Below the pieces are notes generated by a model, which saw nothing but the letters and a program-made list of their open reading frames with translations, searched no databases and was not told where the DNA came from. A program made the position numbers and the translations under genes. 64,000 nt of DNA from Candidatus Eiseniibacteriota bacterium (GTDB lineage Bacteria; Eisenbacteria; RBG-16-71-46), in NCBI GenBank assembly GCA_963744995.1, contig CAVUWA010000009.1, positions 224,001-288,000 on the forward strand. Direction: 5' to 3'. Below are positions 41,397 to 51,329 of the stretch, one piece after another. Each line of letters starts with the position of its first letter. Position 1 is the first letter of the stretch.

Positions 41397-41482
41397 CACC
41401 ACGCACGCGCGTCTCGCCGCGTAGGGGTGCCCCGCGAGGGGTCGAAACGCGAGCCAGGCGGACGCGCGGAAGCAACAACCCC
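41397..41482 (+). promoter_or_regulatory. rpsB leader (t44 / S2 autoregulatory RNA element)
   Basis: CACGC opener, stem CGCGCGTC/GACGCGCG, GGGGT(41424-28)/ACCCC(41478-82) pseudoknot pair, inner CCCC-GCGA-GGGG hairpin. Confidence 0.75.
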
Positions 41483-41496
41483 GAGGGAGGTCATCG

Positions 41497-42282
41497 GTGG
41501 CTGACGTCAGTATGAAGGATCTGCTCGAAGCGGGCGTCCACTTCGGGCATCAGACCCGTCGGTGGAATCCGCAGATGAAGAAGTTCATCTTCATGGAGCG
41601 GAACGGGATCTACATCCTCGACCTGCAGAAGACGCTGAAGTGCCTCGAAGAGGCGCGCAAGATCATCGCCCAGGTGGTGCGCGGCGGCGGGCACGTCCTG
41701 TTCGTGGCGACCAAGAAGCAGGCGAAGCCGATCGTGGTCGAGGAGGCGCAGCGCTGCGGGCAATTCTACGTGACCGAGCGCTGGCTCGGCGGCATGCTGA
41801 CGAACTTCAAGACGATCCGGACCAGCATCAAGCGGCTCCACGACCTCGACAAGATGGCCGAGGACGGCACCTTCGAGAAGCTCGCGAAGAAGGAAGTCTC
41901 GCGGCTCTCGCGCGAACGCGCGCGTCTCGAGTTCGCCTTCTCGGGCATCAAGGAGATGCCGGGGCTGCCGGCGCTCGTCTTCATCGTCGACACGCGCAAG
42001 GAGAAGATCGCCGTCGCCGAGGCCAACCGCCTGAACCTGCCGATCGCCGGCGTGGTGGACACCAACTGCGATCCCACGGTGATCGACTACCCGATCCCCG
42101 GGAACGACGATGCGATCCGCGCGATCCGTCTGTTCGCGAAGCTCGTCGCGGACACGGTCATCGAGGCGCGCTCGCAGGCGCTCGAAGGCGCCGATCAGGA
42201 GACGGTCTCCTACGGCGGCGACGAAGGCGGCGAGGCGGGCGACAAGGGCGAGGGGGCGGCCACGCAGGCGGCTCGTGTCTAG
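41497..42282 (+). CDS. rpsB: 30S ribosomal protein S2
   Basis: [38 protein letters not shown]. Confidence 0.99.
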   Translation: MADVSMKDLLEAGVHFGHQTRRWNPQMKKFIFMERNGIYILDLQKTLKCLEEARKIIAQVVRGGGHVLFVATKKQAKPIVVEEAQRCGQFYVTERWLGGMLTNFKTIRTSIKRLHDLDKMAEDGTFEKLAKKEVSRLSRERARLEFAFSGIKEMPGLPALVFIVDTRKEKIAVAEANRLNLPIAGVVDTNCDPTVIDYPIPGNDDAIRAIRLFAKLVADTVIEARSQALEGADQETVSYGGDEGGEAGDKGEGAATQAARV

Positions 42283-42308
42283 GCTTCTCTGAAGAACAGG
42301 CCATCCAT

Positions 42309-42338
42309 GACGCCCGCCCGATCACCCGGGCGGGCGTT
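42309..42338 (+). terminator. Hairpin between rpsB and tsf (possible attenuator)
   Basis: GACGCCCGCCCG-N6-CGGGCGGGCGTT; only a short U tract. Confidence 0.4.
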
Positions 42339-42359
42339 GCAACGCAGGGAGAATCAGCG

Positions 42360-42956
42360 ATGACGGTGACCGCGGATCAGGTCAGAGAGCTCCGGGAGCG
42401 GACCGGGGCGGGCATGATGGAGTGCAAGAAGGCGCTCCAGGAAACGAACGGCGACTTCGACAAGGCGGTCGATGCGCTCCGCAAGGCGGGGATCGCCAAG
42501 GCCGAGAAGCGCTCGGGCCGCGACGTCGCCGAGGGGCTGGTCGAAGCCTACATCCATCCGGGCAACCGGGTGGGGGTGCTCATCGAGGTCAACTGCGAGA
42601 CCGACTTCGTCGCCCGCACCGACGAATTCGGCGCGCTGGTGCGCGACCTGGCCATGCAGGTGGCGGCGGCGGGCGCCGACTACGTCCGCCGCGAGGAGGT
42701 GCCGGCCGGGCGCCTCGACCGCGAGCGCGAGATCTACGCCGCGCAGCTCCGCGAGCAGGGCAAGCCGGAGGCCATGATCGGCAAGATCGTGGAGGGCAAG
42801 CTCAACAAGTTCTACAGCGAGATCTGCCTGCTCGAGCAGCCGTTCATCAAGGACGACAAGAAGACGATTGGCGAGCTCGTCACGGAGGCGTCCGCGAAGA
42901 CCGGCGAGAACATCGTCGTCCGCCGGTTCGAGCGTTACCAGCTCGGCCAGGACTGA
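42360..42956 (+). CDS. tsf: Elongation factor Ts (short, 198-aa form)
   Basis: [40 protein letters not shown]. Confidence 0.98.
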   Translation: MTVTADQVRELRERTGAGMMECKKALQETNGDFDKAVDALRKAGIAKAEKRSGRDVAEGLVEAYIHPGNRVGVLIEVNCETDFVARTDEFGALVRDLAMQVAAAGADYVRREEVPAGRLDREREIYAAQLREQGKPEAMIGKIVEGKLNKFYSEICLLEQPFIKDDKKTIGELVTEASAKTGENIVVRRFERYQLGQD

Positions 42957-42960
42957 GCGC

Positions 42961-43683
42961 GTGGGCGCGCGCTACCAGCGCATCCTGCTGAAGCTCAGCG
43001 GGGAGATCCTCGCCGGCCAGGCGGGGCACGGCATCGACGAGACGGTGATGGGGACGCTCGCGGACGAGATCCGCGACGTCCACGCCCTCGGCGTGCAGGT
43101 CGGCATCGTCACCGGCGGCGGCAACATCTTCCGCGGCCTGGCGGCGAGCACCCGCGGCATGGATCGGGTCGGCGCCGACTACATGGGCATGCTGGCCACG
43201 GTGATCAACGGTCTGGCGCTGCAGCATGCGCTCGAGAAGCGCGGCATGTACACGCGGGTCATGTCGGCGATCGAGATGGCGCGGGTGTGCGAGCCCTACA
43301 TCCGGCGGCGTGCGGTGCGGCACCTCGAGAAGGGCCGCATCGTGGTGCTCGCCGCGGGGACGGGCAACCCCTACTTCACGACCGACACCGCCGCGGCGCT
43401 GCGTGCGATCGAGGTCGGCGCCGACGTGATCCTGAAGGCGACGAAGGTCGACGGGGTCTACAGCGGCGACCCGCTCATGGAGCCGGACGCGACCTTCTTT
43501 CCGAAGATCAGCTATCTGGATATCCTGAACCGTGGTCTCAAAGTCATGGACTCGACCGCGATTTCGCTGTGCATGGACAACCGTCTGCCGCTGGTCGTGT
43601 TCAACGTGGGCGAGCGCGGCAATCTGCTTCGCGTCGTTCAGGGCGAAGACGTGGGCACGCTCGTCGGGGAGAATGGAGCATGA
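42961..43683 (+). CDS. pyrH: Uridylate kinase
   Basis: [44 protein letters not shown]. Confidence 0.98.
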   Translation: MGARYQRILLKLSGEILAGQAGHGIDETVMGTLADEIRDVHALGVQVGIVTGGGNIFRGLAASTRGMDRVGADYMGMLATVINGLALQHALEKRGMYTRVMSAIEMARVCEPYIRRRAVRHLEKGRIVVLAAGTGNPYFTTDTAAALRAIEVGADVILKATKVDGVYSGDPLMEPDATFFPKISYLDILNRGLKVMDSTAISLCMDNRLPLVVFNVGERGNLLRVVQGEDVGTLVGENGA

Positions 43684-44237
43684 TCGACAAACTGCTCGTC
43701 GAAACCGAGGAACGGATGAAGAAGCAGATCGAGGCCCTGCGCCGCGAGCTGTCGGGAATCCGCTCCGGCAAGGCGTCACCTGCCCTGCTCGACACGGTGC
43801 GCGTGGAAGCCTACGGCACCACCTCGCCGATCCAGCAGGTCGGCAGCGTGAGCGCCCCCGAGGCGCGGCTGCTCGTCGTGCAGCCCTGGGACAAGTCGTT
43901 GATCAAGGCGATCACCAGGGCGATCCAGCAGTCGGATCTGGGCTTGAACCCGACCGACGACGGCGCGGTCGTGCGCATCCCGATTCCGGCCCTCACCGAG
44001 GAACGCCGCAGGGACATGGTGAAGCTGGTCGCGCGCTTCGCGGAGGAGGGACGCGTCCACATCCGTGCGGTGCGTCACGACGTCAACAAGACGATCAAGC
44101 AGCAGGAAGGCGACGGCGACATCAGCCAGGACGACTCCAAGCGCCTCCAGGGCGAAGTGCAGAAGCTCACCGACCGCTACGTGAGCGAGGTCGACGAGAT
44201 CCTCAAGAAGAAGACCGAAGAGGTCATGGAGGTCTGA
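43680..44237 (+). CDS. frr: Ribosome recycling factor
   Basis: [39 protein letters not shown]. Confidence 0.98.
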   Translation: MIDKLLVETEERMKKQIEALRRELSGIRSGKASPALLDTVRVEAYGTTSPIQQVGSVSAPEARLLVVQPWDKSLIKAITRAIQQSDLGLNPTDDGAVVRIPIPALTEERRRDMVKLVARFAEEGRVHIRAVRHDVNKTIKQQEGDGDISQDDSKRLQGEVQKLTDRYVSEVDEILKKKTEEVMEV

Positions 44238-44286
44238 CGCGCACGCCGCCGGGACGCCCGGCGGCGACGCGTTCCAGGGAGGAGCC

Positions 44287-45030
44287 GTGACCGCGCGCAT
44301 TCCCACGCCGGACCAGCTGCGGCAGCGCGGCAACGTGCCGCGCCACGTGGCCATCATCATGGACGGCAACGGTCGCTGGGCGAAGAAGCGGGGCGTGCCG
44401 CGCCTGATGGGCCATCAGGCCGGGCGGGAGTCGGTGCGCGAGGCGGTGCGCGGCTGCGCCGCGCTCGGCGTCGAGATCCTCACGCTCTACACGTTCTCGA
44501 TGGAGAACTGGAACCGCCCGCGCCGCGAGGTGGATGCGCTCATGCGGATCCTGCGCGAGACCCTGCGCGCCGAGCGCGACGAGCTGCGTTCGAACGGCGT
44601 CCGCCTGCAGGTCATCGGCCGCCCGGCCGATCTGCCGGCCGCGGTGCGCGAAGTGCTCGAGGAGACCGAGGACGAGCTGGCCGGCTCGCGCGGGCTGCTG
44701 CTGAATCTCGCGCTTTCCTACAGCGGTCGCGCCGAGATCGTCGACGCGGTGCGGCGGATTCTCGTGGACCACGGCGAAAGTGCGTTCGACCCGGCGCAGG
44801 TGGACGAGGCGTTCGTGGCCAGCTACCTGTATACGGCGGGGCTCCCGGATCCCGACCTGCTGATCCGCACCAGCGGCGAGATGCGGCTGTCGAACTTCAT
44901 GCTCTGGCAGGCGGCCTACACCGAGATGTGGATCACCGACACGCTGTGGCCGGACTTCCGCAAGAGTCACCTGTACCAGGCGGTCGCCGACTACCAGAGC
45001 CGCGAACGCCGCTTCGGGCGGATCGATTGA
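44287..45030 (+). CDS. uppS: Undecaprenyl diphosphate synthase
   Basis: PRHVAIIMDGNGRWA, FSMENWNRP, DLLIRTSGEMRLSNF.LWQ. Confidence 0.98.
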   Translation: MTARIPTPDQLRQRGNVPRHVAIIMDGNGRWAKKRGVPRLMGHQAGRESVREAVRGCAALGVEILTLYTFSMENWNRPRREVDALMRILRETLRAERDELRSNGVRLQVIGRPADLPAAVREVLEETEDELAGSRGLLLNLALSYSGRAEIVDAVRRILVDHGESAFDPAQVDEAFVASYLYTAGLPDPDLLIRTSGEMRLSNFMLWQAAYTEMWITDTLWPDFRKSHLYQAVADYQSRERRFGRID

Positions 45031-45908
45031 GCGCGCCCGACCCGCGTGGCCCTGCGGCTCCGGCGAAGTCGTCGTCGTGGATGCTCGGCCTGCGCATCGT
45101 GAGCGGGCTGCTGTTCGTGCCGCTGCTGATCCTGCTGGCCTGGGCCGGCGGCTTCGCGTTCCTGGCGTTCGTGGCGCTCGAGGTGTCGCTCGGCATCTTC
45201 GAGTTCTGCCGCATGATGCGCGGCAAGGGCTACCGTCCGTACACCCGGCTCGGACTCGTGGCGGGGCTCGGGCTGCTGTGGGTGGTGTTCCGCCCGTACA
45301 CGGCGCATGTGGACCTCATGGTGACGGGCGTGCTGGTGCTGACGCTCGCGCTCGAGCTCCGCCGCCCCGAGGCGCGGCAGCGGGTCGAAGACATCGCGGT
45401 CACCATGTTCGGCGTGCTGTACGTCGGCTGGCTCTCGGCGCACTTCGTTCTGCTGCGCGAGCTGCCCTGGCAGGCGGGCACGCCGTACGCGGACGGCGCC
45501 TCCTACGTGCTGCTCGCATTCATGATCACGTGGGGCTGCGACACCGGCGCCTACGCGTTCGGCCGGCTGTTCGGCCGCAACCGGCCGTGGGCGCGGATCT
45601 CGCCGCGCAAGTCCGTCGAGGGCGCCGCCGGCGGGCTGCTGACGGCGGTGGTCGCGGCGCAGATCGCGCGGGTCTGGTTCGCCCCGTACCTGCGCGTCGC
45701 CGACGCCGCGATCCTCGGCCTGCTGGTCGGTGTGTTCGCGCAGGTCGGCGACCTGGTGGAGTCGCTGCTCAAGCGTGACGCTGCGCATGCCGACTCGTCG
45801 GACCTGATTCCGGGCCACGGCGGGATCCTCGACCGCTTCGACAGTCTCTACTTCGGTGCGCCCGTGGTGTTCTATTACCTGAAGGTCGTCATCTTCGGGG
45901 TGCCGTGA
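45027..45908 (+). CDS. cdsA: Phosphatidate cytidylyltransferase
   Basis: DTGAY.FGR.FG, ISPRKSVEG, GDLVESLLKR....DS..LIPGHGGILDRFDS. Confidence 0.96.
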   Translation: MSAPDPRGPAAPAKSSSWMLGLRIVSGLLFVPLLILLAWAGGFAFLAFVALEVSLGIFEFCRMMRGKGYRPYTRLGLVAGLGLLWVVFRPYTAHVDLMVTGVLVLTLALELRRPEARQRVEDIAVTMFGVLYVGWLSAHFVLLRELPWQAGTPYADGASYVLLAFMITWGCDTGAYAFGRLFGRNRPWARISPRKSVEGAAGGLLTAVVAAQIARVWFAPYLRVADAAILGLLVGVFAQVGDLVESLLKRDAAHADSSDLIPGHGGILDRFDSLYFGAPVVFYYLKVVIFGVP

Positions 45909-45909
45909 G

Positions 45910-47060
45910 ATGAAGCGTCTCGCCGTGCTCGGAGCCACCGGCTCGATCGGGCGCCAGACGCTCGACGTGGCCGCGCGCGAAGCCGGGCGGGTCGTGGTCG
46001 CGGCGCTCGCGGCGGGGAGCGACCTCGACGGACTGTGCGCCCTGGCCGCGGGGCGTTCCCTCGAGGCCGTGGCGCTCGAGTCCGCGGCCGACGAGGCGGT
46101 GGCGCGCGCACGTCTCGCGGCGGCGGCGCCGGGCGCGCGGGTCGAGATCGGCCGGCACGCCGCGGCGCGGCTGGTTGCCTCCACCGACTGCAACGTCGTG
46201 GTGAACGGCATCGTCGGCGCGGCCGGACTGCGCGCCTCGCTCGCCACGCTGGAGCGCGGCGCGCGTCTCGCGCTCGCCAACAAGGAGACGATGGTGATCG
46301 GCGGCCCGCTGATCGAGGCGGCGCTGCACAGGGGAGGCGAGCTGGTGCCCGTGGACAGCGAGCACAGCGCGGCCCTGCAGTGCATGGGCGGGAGGAGCGC
46401 GGAGGAGATCGCGACGCTCACGCTCACCGCGTCGGGCGGCGCGCTGCGCGATCATCCGGACTGGCGGCGCGCGCGCCGCGAGGAGGTGCTGGCACATCCG
46501 GTCTGGGCGATGGGACCGCGCATCACGGTGGACTCGGCGCTGCTGTTCAACAAGGGCCTCGAGCTGATCGAAGCGCACTGGCTGTTCGGACTGCCGTTCG
46601 AGCGGCTCGCCGCGGTTCTGCACCCCCAGGCGATCGTGCACGCACTGGTCACGTTCCGCGACGGTTCCACGGTGCTGCAGGCGGCGGCGGCGGACATGCG
46701 GCTGCCGATCCAGCTCGCGCTGTCGTGGCCGGAACGCTGGGGGGGGCCGTCACGCCGCTGCCGGCGACCGCGCTCGGCGGGCTCGCCTTCGGCGCGATCG
46801 AGCGCGGCCGCTTTCCGGCGTTCGACGTCGCGCTCGACGCCGGCCGGGCGGGCGGCACGCTGCCGTGTGTGCTGAACGCGGCGGACGAGATCCTCGTGGA
46901 GGCCTTTCTGGCGGGCGCGATCCCGCTCGCCGAGGTGCCGGAGATCCTCGCGCGCGTCGTGCATGCCCATGCGGCCGAGCGGGTCGAATCGGTGGAGCAG
47001 CTCGAGGGCGTCGACAGGCGGGCGCGCGCGGCGGCGCGCGCCGCCGTGGAGCGCGTGTGA
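45910..47060 (+). CDS. dxr: 1-deoxy-D-xylulose 5-phosphate reductoisomerase, split by a 1-nt frameshift at the G8 run 46739-46746 (assembly error or pseudogene)
   Basis: LGATGSIG.QTLDV, LANKE, PVDSEHSA, LTASGG, HPVWAMG.RIT.DSA...NKGLE.IEA, DMRLPI in the first frame; RFPAF..A..AG..G..PCVLNAADEILVEAFL in the frame ending 47060. Confidence 0.92.
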
Positions 47061-47130
47061 GTCGCCGGGCGCCGCGGCATGGCGCCGTCCGTGCCGGCCC
47101 CGCGCGCGCGGCCGTGCAGAGGAGCCGGCG

Positions 47131-48168
47131 ATGAGCGCACGGGTGCTCGCGATCCGGCCGCGTACGCTGGGCGATGTCGTGCTGCTGACCCCCGCGCTGC
47201 GCGCGCTCGCGAAAGGTCTCCCCGGGGCGGCGCTCGAGGTGGTGACCGAGCCGCGCTACGCGGCGCTGCTCGGCGCCCAGCCCGAAGTCCGGCGGGTGTG
47301 GCCGCTGCAGCGCACGCCGGCCGGCACGCTCGCGCTCATCCGCCGGCTGCGCGCACGCCGCTTCGCCGTCGCGGTGGATTTCTTCGGCAACCCGCGCACC
47401 GCGCTCATCACCCGTCTTGCGGGCGCCGCCGTGACGGCCGGCTACGACCTGCGCCGGCGCCGCGATGCCTACCGCGTGCGCGTTCCGCGCGAGATCCGTC
47501 CGGGGCCGGACCGGCGCGAATACGGAGCCGCGACCCACGTGCGGCTGGCGCTCGCCGCCGGCGGCGCGGACGACGGCGTGGCGACGCGGCTGCAGCTGCC
47601 TGACGGCGCCGATCGCACCGCGTCCGCCCTGCTGGAGCGCGCCGGAATCGCCGCGCCATCGGCGACGATCGGATTCGTGGCGGCCGGAACGTGGCCCACC
47701 AAGACCTGGCCGCTCTCGCACGCCGCGCGGCTCGCCGCGCGGCTCGCCGGCTCCGGCTACGAGGTGCTCGCCATCACCGGTCCGGGCGAGGCGCGGGTCG
47801 CCGCGGCACTCGCGCGCTTCGCACCGGCCACGCGCCTGCTGCCCGATTGCGACGTCGTCGCGCTCGCAGCGGTGATCCGCCGCCTCGGCGCGGTGGTGGG
47901 CACCGACAGCGGGCCGCGCCATCTGGCGGCCGCGTTCGGCGTCCCGACCTGGACCTGGTTCGGCCCGACCCACCCCGACACCTGGACCGCGCCGGGTCCG
48001 CACGGCTACTGGCGCACGTCGCTGCCGTGCCGGGCGTGCGACCTCACGTCGTGCCCGCACTGGAACTGCCTGCCGTCGCTCCACCCCGATGACGCGTTCG
48101 CGCGCGTGATCGCACACCTGGAGGCCCATGGAACCGCTGCCGCTCTCGGTTCTGCTGCTCGCGCGTGA
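47131..48168 (+). CDS. GT9 glycosyltransferase (LPS heptosyltransferase-like)
   Basis: RVLAIRPRTLGDVVL.TP..RAL, KTWP, VGTDSGPRHLAAAFGVPT..WFGPT. Confidence 0.9.
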   Translation: MSARVLAIRPRTLGDVVLLTPALRALAKGLPGAALEVVTEPRYAALLGAQPEVRRVWPLQRTPAGTLALIRRLRARRFAVAVDFFGNPRTALITRLAGAAVTAGYDLRRRRDAYRVRVPREIRPGPDRREYGAATHVRLALAAGGADDGVATRLQLPDGADRTASALLERAGIAAPSATIGFVAAGTWPTKTWPLSHAARLAARLAGSGYEVLAITGPGEARVAAALARFAPATRLLPDCDVVALAAVIRRLGAVVGTDSGPRHLAAAFGVPTWTWFGPTHPDTWTAPGPHGYWRTSLPCRACDLTSCPHWNCLPSLHPDDAFARVIAHLEAHGTAAALGSAARA

Positions 48169-48883
48169 CGAGGCGGCGCGGATCGGGCCGCTGCTCGATG
48201 CGCTCGGCTTCGCGCGCGAGGTGGTGGTCGTGGTGGACGCCGCGTCGACGGACGACACGCGCGCGATCGCCGAACGCGCCGGCGCGCGGGTGTTCGTGCG
48301 CGCCATGGACGGCTTCGGCGCGCAGCGCCGCTTCGCACTCGAGCAGTGCCGCGAGCCCTGGGTGCTGTGGCTGGACGCGGACGAAAAGCTGCCGCCGCAC
48401 GCGGCGGTGCAGCTCGCCGCGGCGCTCGAGGACGACGGCGCGGCGGGCTGGCGGCTCCGCCGCGCGACCTGGTTCCTCGGGGCCAGGATCCGCTGGTGCG
48501 GCTGGCGCGACGAACGGGTCCTGCGCCTGTTCCGCCGCGAACGGGCGGCATTCGACGACCGCCCGGTGCACGAGACCGTCCGTGTGGAGGGGCCCATCGC
48601 CGACCTCGACGTCACGATCGAGCACCGCAGCTACGAGACCTGGACCGACTGCGTGGACAAAATGACGCGTTACGCGGCCGCAGGCGCCGCGCGCGCCCGC
48701 CGCGCCGGGCGCCGCGCCGGCTGGCTGGACGTGGTGGCGCGGCCGCCGCTGCGCTTCCTGCGCATGTACGTGCTGCAGCTCGGTGTGCTGGACGGCGCGC
48801 GCGGGCTCGTGCTGTGCGCGCTGGCGGCGGCGCAGGTGTTCCTCAAGTACGCCGAGCTGTGGGCGGGGACGAGGCGGCGCTGA
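48128..48883 (+). CDS. GT2 glycosyltransferase (KdtX/WaaE-like LPS core glucosyltransferase)
   Basis: VVVVDA.STDDT, FGAQRRFAL, WVLWLDADE, VHE, G.LDG.RG.....FLKYAEL. Confidence 0.88.
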   Translation: MEPLPLSVLLLARDEAARIGPLLDALGFAREVVVVVDAASTDDTRAIAERAGARVFVRAMDGFGAQRRFALEQCREPWVLWLDADEKLPPHAAVQLAAALEDDGAAGWRLRRATWFLGARIRWCGWRDERVLRLFRRERAAFDDRPVHETVRVEGPIADLDVTIEHRSYETWTDCVDKMTRYAAAGAARARRAGRRAGWLDVVARPPLRFLRMYVLQLGVLDGARGLVLCALAAAQVFLKYAELWAGTRRR

Positions 48884-49950
48884 TGCGGGTGTGCTTCTTC
48901 GGTGCATGGGATCCCGGCTATCCGAGGAACCGCATCCTGCGCGAGGGCCTGCGTCGTGCCGGCGCCGAGGTCGTCGAGGCGGCCGGGCCCGAGCGCCGCA
49001 TGTTGCGCCGCTACCCGGCGCTGCTCGGCGCCTGGTTCGACCACGGGCGGGCATCCGATCTGGTGCTGGTGCCGGAGTTCCGCCACAAGGACGTGCCGCT
49101 CGCGCGGCTCCTGGCCGGGAAGCGGCCGCTGGTGTTCGATCCGCTGGTGTCGCGCTGGGACACGCTGGTCGGCGACTGGGGGCTGCACGCCGCGGGTTCG
49201 GGCCAGGCGCGCTGGAACCGCTGGATCGACCGCTGGGCGTTCACGCACTCGGACCTGGTGCTGTGCGATACGTGGGCGCACGGCGCGCTGTTCGAATCGC
49301 TCGGTGTGCCGCGCGAACGGCTGCGGCGCGTGCCGGTGGGCGCCGAAGACGCGTTCTACTCCGTGCCGCCGCCGGCGCCTTCGCGCGAGGTGCGGATCGT
49401 CTACCTCGGCGGCTTCCTGCCGCTGCACGGCGTGCCGACGATCATCGAGGCCCTGACCGCGCTCGAAAGGGAAGCGGCGCGGCTGCCCGAGTATCGTGCC
49501 GTGCTGTTCGGTCGCGGCATCGAGTGGGTCCGGGCGCGCGAGATGGCCGAGTCGGCCGCGCTCGATCACGTCGAGTTCCCGGGCAGCGTCGACTACGCGG
49601 ATGCGCCGCGCCTGATGGGGGAGGCGCACATCGTCCTCGGCGCGTTCGGCGCGGGCCCCAAGGCGGGCCGGGTGGTGCCGCACAAGGTCTATCAGGGTCT
49701 GGCGGCGGGCCGCGCGGTGGTGACCGGCGACGGCGCGGGGCTGCGCGAATTCTTCGAGCCCGGACGCGATCTGGTCGCGGTGCCGCGCGGCGACGCCGGC
49801 GCGCTCGCGGCGGCACTGACCGCGCTGCTGCGCGATCCCGAACGGCGCGACGCCATCGGCGCGGCCGGCCGCGCGCGGGCGATGGCGTTCGCGAGCGTCG
49901 AGCGGATCGGGATCACGCTGCGCGACGCGATCGCCGGGGCCGCGACGTGA
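48883..49950 (+). CDS. GT4-type glycosyltransferase
   Basis: YPRNRILR.GL, FDPLVS, YLGGFLPLHGV, VVPHKVYQGLAAGRAVVTGD. Confidence 0.82.
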   Translation: MRVCFFGAWDPGYPRNRILREGLRRAGAEVVEAAGPERRMLRRYPALLGAWFDHGRASDLVLVPEFRHKDVPLARLLAGKRPLVFDPLVSRWDTLVGDWGLHAAGSGQARWNRWIDRWAFTHSDLVLCDTWAHGALFESLGVPRERLRRVPVGAEDAFYSVPPPAPSREVRIVYLGGFLPLHGVPTIIEALTALEREAARLPEYRAVLFGRGIEWVRAREMAESAALDHVEFPGSVDYADAPRLMGEAHIVLGAFGAGPKAGRVVPHKVYQGLAAGRAVVTGDGAGLREFFEPGRDLVAVPRGDAGALAAALTALLRDPERRDAIGAAGRARAMAFASVERIGITLRDAIAGAAT

Positions 49951-51047
49951 AGATCGCGCAGCTCGACACCGGCCGCGACTGGCGCGGCGGCCAGGGCCAG
50001 GTCTGGCTGCTGATGCAGGGTCTGCGCGCGCGCGGGGTGACCTCGGTCCTGCACGCGCCGGAAGGTCCGCTCGCCGCGCGCGCGCGCGCGGCGGGCTTCG
50101 AGACCCGGCCCTGGAATCCGCGTGGCGACCTGGATCTCGCGGCGGGGGCCGCGCTCGCGGCGGCGCTCGGGCGCGGGCGGCCGGAGCTCGTGCACGCGCA
50201 TTCGGCGCGCGCGCACGGTGCGGGGGCCGGGGCGGCATGGCTCGCCGGGCACCGCCCGTTCGTGGTGGCGCGGCGCGTGGATTTCCGCGTGGGGCTGCAT
50301 GCCGGCAGCCGGCTCAAGTATCGCCTGCCGGTCGACCGTTACCTGTGCATCAGCCGGCCGGTGATGGAGGTCATGCGCCGGGGCGGGGTGCCCGAGTCGC
50401 GGCTCGCGCTGGTGCCGAGCGGGATCGACATGGCTGCGCTGCCGCCCGCGGACGCGCCGGTCGCGGACCTGCGCGCCGAGCTCGGGATCGCGCCGGCGGC
50501 GCCGCTGCTCGGCACCGTCGCGGCGCTCGCGCCTCACAAGGACCACGCCACGCTGCTCGCCGCGACGCCGGCGATCCTCGCCGCGGTCCCGGATGCGCAC
50601 CTGGTCTGGCTCGGCGAGGGCGAATGCCGCGGCGCGCTCGAGCGCGCGCGGCGGGCGCTCGGGCTGGAGCAGCGCGTCCACATGCCGGGGTTCCGCGCCG
50701 ACGCGAGGGCGCTGCTCCGGCAGTTCACGCTGTTCGTGCTGAGCTCGAAGCTCGAGGGCCTGTGCACGTCGCTGCTCGACGCGCAGGCCATGGGCGTGCC
50801 GATCGTGGCGACGCGCGCGGGCGGCATCCCCGACGTGATCGAGGACGGCGTCACCGGGCGGCTCGCGCCGCCGTCGCAACCGGCCGCGCTGGCCGCCGCC
50901 GTGATCGAGACGCTGGCCGATCCGGCCGGCCGTGCCGCGCGCGCGGCGGCCGCGCAGGAGAGCGTCCGCGCTTTCTCGGCCGAGCGTATGGTGGAGCGCA
51001 CGCTCGAGGTCTACCGCGCCGTCCTGGCAGAGCGGCTGCGGCCCTGA
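49947..51047 (+). CDS. GT4-type glycosyltransferase
   Basis: WRGGQGQV, VHAHS, HKDH.TLL, FVLSSKLEGLCTSLLDAQAMGVPIVATRAGGIP. Confidence 0.9.
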   Translation: MKIAQLDTGRDWRGGQGQVWLLMQGLRARGVTSVLHAPEGPLAARARAAGFETRPWNPRGDLDLAAGAALAAALGRGRPELVHAHSARAHGAGAGAAWLAGHRPFVVARRVDFRVGLHAGSRLKYRLPVDRYLCISRPVMEVMRRGGVPESRLALVPSGIDMAALPPADAPVADLRAELGIAPAAPLLGTVAALAPHKDHATLLAATPAILAAVPDAHLVWLGEGECRGALERARRALGLEQRVHMPGFRADARALLRQFTLFVLSSKLEGLCTSLLDAQAMGVPIVATRAGGIPDVIEDGVTGRLAPPSQPAALAAAVIETLADPAGRAARAAAAQESVRAFSAERMVERTLEVYRAVLAERLRP

Positions 51048-51265
51048 CGGGGCCGGCGCCGCGGCGGCGGCCGGGGCCCGCTCCGCGGCGGGCCCGCGGC
51101 GCCTGCCGCGCGGGCGGGTGGTCATCTGCCGCGTCCGTCGGCGGACGGGACCCGCGGGCTTTCCCCCGCATCGAAAGAAGTCGCGTCCGGAAGCGCTGAA
51201 CCGCCGGCCGTGTGCGGCCGATGGTGAATGCAGACGCCTGGGCGGCGGCCGCCTCACGGCCCCAG

Positions 51266-51294
51266 TTGACGCCCCTCCGACGGGAGGGTAGCCT
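51266..51294 (+). promoter_or_regulatory. Putative sigma70 promoter of rseP-tamA-tamB
   Basis: TTGACG-N17-TAGCCT; TAAGGAG RBS at 51314-51320. Confidence 0.6.
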
Positions 51295-51329
51295 GCCCCA
51301 ACCATTGTCCCGCTAAGGAGTTGCCCGAC

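Noticed and set aside
51160..51240. c-di-GMP-I riboswitch suggested by TCGAAAGA
   Set aside because: The flanking GGCAAAC and GACGCAAAGC elements and P1 are not present
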